Positions 53,128 through 64,000 of a stretch of DNA of 64,000 bases are shown in pieces. The first letter of the stretch is position 1, and each line of letters starts with the position of its first letter. Made by a program: the position numbers and the translations under genes. Origin of the DNA: Octopus vulgaris (lineage: Eukaryota); the NCBI GenBank assembly GCA_951406725.2, contig OX597820.1:109616001-109680000 (forward strand), in the 5' to 3' direction. The notes beneath the pieces were generated by a model. That model was not told where the DNA came from, ran no database searches, and saw nothing but the letters and a program-made list of their open reading frames with translations.

Positions 53128-53284
53128 TATTTCTTTATTACCCACAAGGGGCTAAACACAGAGCGAACAAACAAGGACAGACATAGGTATTAAGTCGATT
53201 ACATCGACCCCAGTGCGTAACTGGTACTTAATTTATCGACCCCGAAAGAATGAAAGGCAAAGTCGACCTCGGCGGAATTTGAAC
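53128..53284 (-). mobile_element. 5'-truncated SINE with Meta-domain-like core and Tx1-like 3' tail
   Basis: B box gttcaaattcc, core gcctttcattctttcggggtcgataaattaagtaccag, tail gccccttgtgggtaataaagaaata. Confidence 0.8.
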
Positions 53285-53394
53285 ACGTATTGATAGATTT
53301 AAAATGTCATAGCATATGTGTTGTTTAGAGGCAGTACGAGCATTTGAGTATCTAGATACAGCAGTTAAGTATTTACATATTTGATCATCATATA

Positions 53395-53670
53395 AAACGT
53401 TGTCAATTTGGGTGACTTCCACGCGAATAGCTTCCTTCAAGTCGTCCAATGTACGGGGCTTATGTGCATGCACACGTTCCTTGAGGTTTCTCCACAAGAA
53501 ATAACCACACAGGGACAAATCAGGGAACTGATGGGGTCAAGGAATGTCAGCAAACCTGGAAATGAGGCGGTCACTGAAGAGAGGGCGACGAATGTCCATT
53601 CATGCTCTGGCTGCGTGGGTCGTCGCCCCATCCTGCTGAAACCATGCATTAGCCCCGTTGTGGGCCGCAT
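53395..53670 (-). mobile_element. Tc1/mariner-superfamily transposase fragment (DD37D/DD41D-like)
   Basis: WFQQDGAT.H and PDLSLCGYFLWRNLKERVH..KPRTLDDLKEAI. Confidence 0.7.
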
Positions 53671-53884
53671 TTAGTTGACAAATATATTTCATGAATAAAC
53701 GGACAGAGATAAATAAATAAATAAATAGATGAAAAAGTTCAGAAATAAAAATTGAGGGAGGGAGTGAAATTTGAGCCCCTTATTTTGCATATTCGCAAAC
53801 TCCGACATCTAAAACGTAGGAATCCGAAAACCTTTTTTCAAAAAAATGCATTTTTCAAGGAGAAGTGTGAAACTGCATTAGCCC

Positions 53885-55226
53885 CGTAGTTGTAGTAGTA
53901 CTAATAGTGGTAGTTGTTCTTGTAGAAGAAGAAGAAGAAGAAGAAGAAGAAGGTAGAAGAAGGAGGAGGAGGAGGTAAAAGAAGAAGAAGGAGGAGGAGG
54001 TAAAAGAAGAAGAAGAAGAACGCGGAAGATGTCTGGATGCAGGGATGGATATAGAATAGTTTTTATAACTTTTCATGAACTGTAATCTATCGACAGTCCA
54101 CAAAATTTGACATTTTGTATTTTGTAGTTTTAGTTTGTAGTTTTAGTGACATTTTGTATTTTGAAGTTTTGGTAAATCTATTACAACTACTAGTATTAGT
54201 AGTAGTAGATGAAGTATTCGTGCTACTGAGAATACAAGTAGTAACAGTAGTAGTAATAGTACTACGAGTAGTTGTAGTATTAGTAGTACTAATTTTAGTG
54301 ATGTTAGTAGTACCAGAAGTGTCAGTATTAGTTGTGGTTGTAGTATTACTATTATTACTATTACTATTATTATTATTATTATTATTATTAGTAGTAGTAG
54401 TAGTAGTAGATTTTCTAGTTGTAGGATTAGTAGTAATTACAGCAGAGTAGTAGTAGCAGTAGTAATAATAGTATTATTTGTAGTAGTCCTGGTATTACTA
54501 GCAGAAGTAGTTGTAGTATTAGTAGTGGTAGTTGTAGAAGAAGTAGCAGTCGTACTACTACTAGGAGTGTTAGTAGTAGTAGAATTAGTAGTCATATATT
54601 AGTAGTAGTAGTAGCAGTAGCAGTGGCAAAATTCTTCGTACAAATACTAGTAGAAGGATTAGTTGTTCTTGTAGTTGTAATAGTAGTAGTAGTAGTAGTG
54701 TCAGTATTAGTCGTGGTTGTATTATTATTATTATTAGTAGTAGTAGTAGTAGATTTTCTAGTTGTAGGATTAGTAGTAATTACAGCAGAGTAGTAGTAGC
54801 AGTAGTAATAATAGTATTATTTGTAGTAGTCCTGGTATTACTAGCAGAAGTAGTTGTAGTATTAGTAGTGGTAGTTGTAGAAGAAGTAGCAGTCGTACTA
54901 CTACTAGGAGTGTTAATAGTAGTAGAATTAGTAGTCATAGTATTAAGATTGGTACTAGTAGTTGTAGTTGAAGTTGAAATACTTGTAGTAGTAGTTGTAG
55001 TAGTAGTAGAAGTATTAGGAGTATTATTACTAGTAGTAATAGTTGTAGTAGTATTAGCAGTAGAACTTACAATAGTAGTTGTGGTACTAGTACAAGTATT
55101 AGTAGTCGTAGTTAGCAGTAGTAGTTGTTGTAGCTGTAGTAGTAGTAGTAGCAGCAGCAGCAGTAGTAGAAATAGCAGTATTTGTAGTAGTAGTATTTTT
55201 AGTAGATGAAGTACTGGCAGTAGCAT

Positions 55227-55265
<39 letters not shown>

Positions 55266-55345
55266 GTGCAGCAGCAGTGGTACTTTTAGTTGTAGTTGTT
55301 ATAGTAGTAGAAGTAGTAGTAGTAGTCGCTGTAGTAGTAATAAAA
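53885..55345. repeat. (GAA)n and degenerate (GTA)n low-complexity tract with an internal ~250-bp duplication
   Basis: Seen directly; ~54320-54595 recurs at ~54700-54937. Confidence 0.9.
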
Positions 55346-55359
55346 TATTGGGTCATCCC

Positions 55360-57196
<1,837 letters not shown>

Positions 57197-60100
57197 ATCA
57201 TCATCATCATCATCATCATCGTTTAACGTCCACTTTCCATGCTAGCATGGGTTGGACGGTTCAACTGGGGTCTGGGAAGCCCGAAGGCTGCACCAGGCCA
57301 GTCAGATGTGGCAGTGTTTCTACAGCTGGATGCCCTTCCTAACGCCAACCACTCCGAGAGTGTAGTGGGTGATTTTATGTGCCACCGACACAGGTGCCAG
57401 ACGAGGCTGGCAGACGGCCACGCTCGGATGGTGTTTTTTATGTGCCACCGACACAGGTGCCAGACGAGGCTGGCAGACGGCCACGCTCGGATGGTGTTTT
57501 TTATGTGCCACCGACACAGGTGCCAGACGAGGCTGGCAGACGGCCACGCTCGGATGGTGTTTTTTATGTGCCACCGACACAGGTGCCAGACGAGGCTGGC
57601 AGACGGCCACGCTCGGATGGTGTTTTTTATGTGCCACCGACACAGGTGCCAGACGAGGCTGGCAGACGGCCACGCTCGGATGGTGTTTTCTTATGTGTCA
57701 CCGACACAGGTGCCAGACGAGGCTGGCGGACGGCCACGCTCGGATGGTGTTTGTTACGTGCCCTCAGCACGGAGGCCAGTCATTGCGGTACTGGCTACGG
57801 TCACGTTCGGATGGTTTTCTTATGTGCCACCGGCACTGGTACCACAAGGATACAAATTCCATTGATGTTCATCTATTTTGATTTGGTTCGATTTGATTTG
57901 ATACGATTCGATTCTCACTTGCCTCAACAGGTCTTCACAAGTGTCACAAGAAGGAAGGTATGCACAGGTGGACTGACTACGTCCCAGGTAGGGGCCACGG
58001 ATTATGGCTTCACTAGTCTTGCCGGGTCTTCTCACGCACAGCATACTTCCATAGGTCTCGGTCTCTAGTCATTTCCATGGTGAGACCTAACGTCTGAAGG
58101 TCGTGCTTCACCACCTCGTCCCAGGTTTTCCTGGGTCTACCTCTTCCACGGGTTCCCTCAACTGCTAGGGATTGGCACTTTCTCACACACCTATCTTCAT
58201 CCATTCTCGCCACATGACCATACCAGTGCAATCGTCTCTCTTGCACACAACAACTGATGCTTCTTAGGTACAACATTTCTCTCAAGGTACTAACGCTCTG
58301 TCGAGTAAGTACACTGACATTACACATCCATCGGAGCATACTGGCTTCGTTCCTCACGAGCTTACGCATGTCCTCAGCAGTCACGGCCCATGTTTCACTG
58401 CCATGTAGCATAGCTGTTCGTACACATGCATCATACAGTCTGCCTTTTACTCTGAGCGAGAGGCCTTTAGTCACCAGCAGAGGTAAGAGCTCCCTAAACT
58501 TTGCCCAGGCTATTCTTATTCTAGCAGTTACACTTTCAGCGCACCCACCCCCACTACTGACTTGGTCACCTAGATAGCGGAAACTATCAACTACTTCTAG
58601 TTTTTCCCCCGGAAAGTGACAGAAGTTGTTTTCTGCAGATTTTCGGAGGTCAATGCTCCAGAGCACCTGCCACATACAAAAACTATCTTCCCGGTTAGCC
58701 TACCTTTGACATTGCTGCACCTCTTATGTGTCCATAGCTTACACTGGGTACATCTTATAGAGTTTCTACCTACACCTTTTCTACAGATCGAGCAGGGCCA
58801 TCTTCCTGATGATATTTGTGGGTTTTCTACCTTTCTACTTATTAGTACTTTGGTTTTAGCTAGGTTGACTCTAAGGCCCCTCGATTCTAAACCCTCCTTC
58901 CACACCTGGAACTTCTCCTCCAGTTCTGATAGTGACTCAGCGATTAGAGCGAGGTCGTCAGCATAGAGGAGCTCCCAGGGGCAACCTGTCTTGAATTCCT
59001 CCGTTATTGCCTGGAGGACTATGATAAATAGGAGGGGGCTGAGTACTGAACCCTGGTGGACCCCAACCTCTACTTTGAATTCTTCTGTGTACATGTTGCC
59101 AACTCTAACCTTACTTACGGCATCTCTGTACATGGCTTGCACAGCCCTCACCAGCCATTCATCTATCCCTAGATTCCTCATTGACCACCAGATGAGGGAT
59201 CGGGGGACCCTATCAAAGGCTTTCTCCATGTCAACGAAAGCCAGGTACAGGGGCTTATCCTTGGCTAGGTATTTCTCCTGCAGCTGCCTTACCAGGAATA
59301 TAGCATCAGTGGTGCTTTTCCCTGGGACAAACCCAAACTGCATCTCATCTAAACTAACTCTCTCTCTAATTAGTTGGGCTATGACCCTCTCCGTAACCTT
59401 CATTACCTGATCCAACAGCTTGATACCTCTGTAATTATTTGTATCCAGGGCATCACCTTTACCTTTGTAGCAGTTGACTAGTATGCTGCTACACCAGTCA
59501 TTGGGTATGACTCCTTCGTGTATCACCTGGTTGACTATACGGGTGACTAGGTTATAGCCGACACTGCCAGATATTTTGAGCATCTCTGCAGTAATTCCTG
59601 ATGGGCCTGGGGCTTTCCCTGTCTTCATGCTTCTAATTGCCTTAGCTACCACGGAACTATCAACTCGGATAGCTGGTCCCTCTGTTGGGTCAACATTTGG
59701 CAGACTCTCTTTATCCCATTCATTTTCTTTATTCAGCAAACTTTCATAGTGGCATCTCCAAACCTCTCTCTTTGCATCCTCATTTAGCGCAAGTGAACCA
59801 TCATCCATGCGAACACACTTCTCTCCTACCACATCACGATTCTCTCACACACTGTCTTGCAACACGAAATACCTCAAGTCTTTCATCCTCACGGCTCAGA
59901 ACATTGGCAAATTTTTTCTTATCCGCTTCCCCTCTGGCTATATAAACCTGTCTCCTAGCTTCCCTTTTGGCTGTCTGATACAATTCCCTGCTACCACCGT
60001 TCTTCCAGTCCTTCCAAGCCTGTCTCTTTTGTCTAATAGCCCCGTCAACCACCGTGTTCCACCACCATGTTACTCTGGGTCGAGATGGTACTTTGCTCCA

Positions 60101-61200
60101 TCCACAGATCTGGTCAGTGGCTGTCAGCAGATTGTCCCGTAGGAATCTCCAGTTGTCTTCCACATTAAGTGAAGCTATATCCCCTTCTATTTCGTCAGAG
60201 GCTTCGAGTAGTATGTCTCTAAATCTCTGTGCATTTGCAGGATCTTTAAGCTTCCAGACCCTTCTCCTCCAAGCTGGTCTTCTTCTGGGCAACCATTTAG
60301 CTCTGATCCTGAAGTCGCTAACTACTAATCTATGTTGGGGAGTACATTCTTCGCCTGGGAAGGTTTTTGGCATTTATAATCAGCCCTCTTTCCCTTTTTC
60401 TGGCAAGGATGTAGTCAATCTGGCTGGTGTGTCTGCCAGAACGGTAGGTGACTAGGTGAGAGGTGGGTTTCCTGAAGTGGGTATTGCAGACCATAAGGTC
60501 ATTTGCATCGCAGAACTCCAGCAGCCTGGTTCCCTCCTCATTTCGAGAGCCAAAACCGTGGCCTCCATGGATGCCATGGAAGCCCCTGACATGTCGTCCA
60601 ACATGTCCATTGAAATCACCTGCCACGAAGAGAAGGTCACTGTCATTTGTCAATGAGGTAGTCCGCAATAGGGTGTCATAGAATTGGTCTTTTTGTCCTT
60701 CCGGTAGCCCTGGTTGAGGGGCATATGCCGAGATGATGGTAGCTGTCCTATGGTGAAGAACTAATCTAATTTTAATTACTCTGTCACTTACTCTGACTAC
60801 CTCGATTACCTTACCTATCCATTTCTCCGCAAGAAGTATACCCACGCCCCCGACTCCGTCAATGTTCCCTGCCCAGAAAATCTTGTACCTGTGTTCGTTG
60901 CCCGTGAGGAGCCTAGCAGAACCTCCTCTCCACCTTACTTCCTGGATACAGCATACATCCACACGTCTCCGTTCAAGCAGCTCTACAATCTCTCCAGACC
61001 TACCTTTCAATGTGCCAACGTTGAGCGTGCCAACTCTGAGGGTTTGGGAGGTGTGGGCATCAGAGACCCTGGGACGAGGGACAGCAGTGTCATGTACCTG
61101 AAAAGAAAGCTTGCATTTGGCAGATTTCATATGGAAACTCTAGACTACAACCTGCATACTTTTCACAATTTTTGCGCTATATGTTCAGATAAACCCTACA
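57197..61200 (-). mobile_element. RTE-clade LINE R2, near full length
   Basis: EN 60330-61130, linker 59834-60373, RT+PHD 58597-59832, C-terminus 58013-58675; three frameshifts; 3' UTR ends in (TGA)n. Confidence 0.95.
57373..57760 (-). repeat. 63-bp minisatellite, about six copies, in the R2 3' UTR
   Basis: Unit ttttatgtgccaccgacacaggtgccagacgaggctggcagacggccacgctcggatggtgtt. Confidence 0.9.
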
Positions 61201-61292
61201 TAGGTGCTAGTGGGGGAGGGGGTAGTTTCCGGTATTTGGGTAGAAACTTCCGGTATTGGTGGTGGGGGCGGGCGACAAAATCGAAGCAACTA

Positions 61293-61571
61293 GTTTGAAT
61301 ACTATATTTGAGGGGGAAAAATAATTAATTAGATAAATGACTGAATGAAAGCCAGAGAGAGAATGAAAATAGATAAATAATAAAAAATACGGTAGAGAAT
61401 GGAAATAGATAAATAATGAAAAAAAAAAAAAAAAAAAAATACGGTAAGAGACGAGGGGGCATATTGACTTAGCTGGCCATTTTTGGAAGTCTGTGTTTTC
61501 TCTGAAGGTGTAGCGAGTGAATAGGGATCAGATACGATCGCTCGCGTGGCTTTTAGGGAGGGGGACGGAAA

Positions 61572-61611
<40 letters not shown>

Positions 61612-62047
61612 TGAATACTATATTTGAGGGGGAAAAATAATTAATTAGATAAATGACTGAATGAAAGCCAGAGAGAGAATGAAAATAGATAAATAATAAA
61701 AAATACGGTAGAGAATGGAAATAGATAAATAATGAAAAAAATACGGTAGAGAATGAAAATAGATAAATAATGAAAAAAAAAAAAAAAAAAAAAATACGGT
61801 AAGAGACGAGGGGGCATATTTTCGGAGGAGAATGGGATAAACATCGAAGAATGGCACTGAAGGAAAATAAACTTTAAAAATGCAATGCATGAAGTCGCCA
61901 TGTTTAGAGAATAGGGGAACGAAGGGAGAATAGATCAAGCTATCCAAACAAAACGCTTAAAAATATGAAAAGAGCAGGATGAAATTGACTTAGCTGGCCA
62001 TTTTTGGAAGTCTGTGTTTTCTCTGAAGGTGTAGCGAGTGAATAGGG
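61293..62047. repeat. Locally duplicated purine-rich non-coding blocks
   Basis: 61293-61464 recurs at 61610-61820; 61463-61527 recurs at 61985-62047. Confidence 0.8.
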
Positions 62048-64000
62048 TATTTCTTTATTATGATTATAAAAATCGATTACACAGAAGGACAAATACAGGA
62101 CATATATACAAAAAAACATTTAAGAGATTCGATTAAAAATTTTCATTTACATTGGGATTATTCATTATAACATAAATGTCCTTTACATAACCCGTATAAC
62201 AAACATCAGTACATGAACTTATAATCTCACTGGAGTTTTTACACCCCGGCAATTTATGAGGCCCTGCAGCTTTTATTTCCTCTCCTTCCTCCATGGTCAA
62301 GCTGGGTTTCTGACACCCACCTTTTTTCCACTTCCTTCCATCTTTTCTCATACACACCCCGCGGTAAGATCCTCTTTTCCAGCCCCATTTTGCTCTTCAG
62401 ATGATATCTGAAGTAAGTGAGCAAGCCGGGGCCGGAGACAAAGGATCCTATCGCGGCTCCTTCCATTCTCGTTCTCCACATACATTCTTTTACTACTGCA
62501 ACCGTGCAGTGAAAACATGCCTCACCTTCCTTCGAGAGTCCAGTTGGCGGTATCATCTTAATCATAGACTCAGCCGACAGCTGTACTCGTCCCAGATGCG
62601 ATAACACGTGTTCTGCGTAACTTATCAAGTCGGACAACTTCCGACAGTGAACAAAAGCGTGCTGGACGGTTTCATCGTCCAACTCGCACCTTGGACACGT
62701 CGGTGGCACTGAAACTCCGTGCCGCGATAACTTCTCGCGAACAGGTAAAGCATTCCTATAGCACTGCCAGGCCAGGGATCTTTGGAAATTATCCAAATAC
62801 CCCGACCTGAAAGTTTTTTTAAACAGGTTGGTAAGCTGGTCTTCGTCAAACCCCAGAGCCCCTCCTAGGACGTCGTCGTTTTTTAACTCTACCAGCTTTC
62901 TATAAAATACTGAGGTGGTATTTCCGCAGCCGGCCTTGCCCGCCTTGTGGATCAGCGTGAGTGCCTGTCGGCACTCCTTTTGCCATGGAGTCAGTTTCCA
63001 TCTTTTGATGTAACCGGGTTTAAAATTCACTAAGGAGGCCGGTCTCGGGAAAAATCCCCCTGCCAGCGGACTCCACACCTTATCACCCTCCAGGTGGTGC
63101 CAGAGATGCCTTAGCCTCAACGCATGTCTGCGCATCATCAACCAAGGCATTCCTAACCCACCCTTTAACGGTTCCTGGCAGCAAACGGAGCGCCTCACAA
63201 GTGGCCTTCCTCCTTTCCACAAAAAGCGGAAAAGGATTCGCTCCAACTTGTTAAGCCATGAATCGGGGCAGGGGACAACGGTCAGGCGGTAGGTGATTAC
63301 AGATGCAATGAACATCTGCACCACCTCCGCCTTTCCTTTCAAGGACAGAAACCTTCCGGACCAGGTCCGTACTATGGCTTCCACCTTGCTTGTCACCTCA
63401 CTCCAGTTCTTCTCCGTTTGGGAGTCTGGCCCAAACCAAACTCCCAGCAACTTAACAGGGCCATCCGTCCAGTGTCCCACGACACTGGACGATATCGACT
63501 TGCTCCTCCAGGTGCCGAGGCGCAAGCCAACCGATTTGTCCTTGTTAACCTTTGCTCCTGCCACCGCCTCGTATCCTCTGATAGCCTCCTCTACACAAGG
63601 TAGTTGGGCCTCTTTGGACACGATGAGGGTGACGTCATCCGCATAAGCAGTAACCGTCCTCCCACCTCCGATTTCATCCGAGTTACTCCCCAGCCTCTCC
63701 AACCTTCGCAGCAATGGCTCAAGAGCCAATACGTACAAAAGTGGTGACAAGGGGCACCCCTGACGCACTGAACACTCGATCGAAAACGGTTCCGTTAGGT
63801 AACCGTTTATCTGGACGGTGGACTTGATGCCGCTATACATAGCGGAGATCCACCCGCGAAATTCAGGGCCCAGCCCAGCCGCTTCGAGGACCGTCGCCAG
63901 GTACCCATGGTCTACCCTATCGAAGGCTTTACTTTGGTCTAAATGGACCATTACCCCGCCTTTGCCGGCTAATTTACCCACCCTATCTAAGGTGTAGCGT
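62048..64000 (-). mobile_element. Tx1-type LINE E5, 3' part; continues beyond the window
   Basis: Uninterrupted ORF2 C-terminal half; 3' terminus AATAAAGAAATA. Confidence 0.93.
62254..63981 (-). CDS. E5 ORF2 C-terminal half (RT and CCHC zinc finger), open to the window edge
   Basis: HLDQSKAFD, QGCPLSP, AYADD and CPRCELDDETVQHAFVHC, with no stops over 575 aa. Confidence 0.85.
   Translation of the reverse strand: MGKLAGKGGVMVHLDQSKAFDRVDHGYLATVLEAAGLGPEFRGWISAMYSGIKSTVQINGYLTEPFSIECSVRQGCPLSPLLYVLALEPLLRRLERLGSNSDEIGGGRTVTAYADDVTLIVSKEAQLPCVEEAIRGYEAVAGAKVNKDKSVGLRLGTWRSKSISSSVVGHWTDGPVKLLGVWFGPDSQTEKNWSEVTSKVEAIVRTWSGRFLSLKGKAEVVQMFIASVITYRLTVVPCPDSWLNKLERILFRFLWKGGRPLVRRSVCCQEPLKGGLGMPWLMMRRHALRLRHLWHHLEGDKVWSPLAGGFFPRPASLVNFKPGYIKRWKLTPWQKECRQALTLIHKAGKAGCGNTTSVFYRKLVELKNDDVLGGALGFDEDQLTNLFKKTFRSGYLDNFQRSLAWQCYRNALPVREKLSRHGVSVPPTCPRCELDDETVQHAFVHCRKLSDLISYAEHVLSHLGRVQLSAESMIKMIPPTGLSKEGEACFHCTVAVVKECMWRTRMEGAAIGSFVSGPGLLTYFRYHLKSKMGLEKRILPRGVYEKRWKEVEKRWVSETQLDHGGRRGNKSCRAS

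Noticed and set aside
54115-55356. Val-, Thr- and Leu-rich mucin-like or membrane-like ORFs
   Set aside because: Products of the (GTA)n low-complexity tract; no splice or domain support.
57239-58068. ORFs with 21-aa repeats; possible CRISPR-like array
   Set aside because: Contiguous 63-bp minisatellite with no unique spacers, in an RTE 3' UTR of a eukaryote.

Overview
AT-rich eukaryotic (metazoan) DNA made almost entirely of transposable elements and microsatellites. The SINE families and (TA)n/(GTA)n content suggest a cephalopod such as Octopus (inference). No host protein-coding gene is firmly supported. Contents: five Tx1-type (L1-group) LINEs, three RTE LINEs with a PHD finger, several Penelope-like fragments, CR1-like and HERO-type LINE fragments, mariner, Chapaev3-like and Academ-like DNA transposon relics, two non-autonomous Helitrons, and tRNA-derived SINEs. 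Most notable: (1) a non-coding 535-bp unit with an intact type I hammerhead ribozyme, in tandem and inverted copies inside (TA)n (retrozyme-like), plus six other hammerhead motifs; (2) three different Tx1 elements stacked head-to-tail at one short target site inside a ~720-bp Helitron; (3) an ORF1-only Tx1 derivative and a SINE that both share the Tx1 3'-terminal motif; (4) a 19-nt complementarity between one Tx1's inter-ORF spacer and its 3' UTR. All calls come from reading the sequence by eye; no database search was run.
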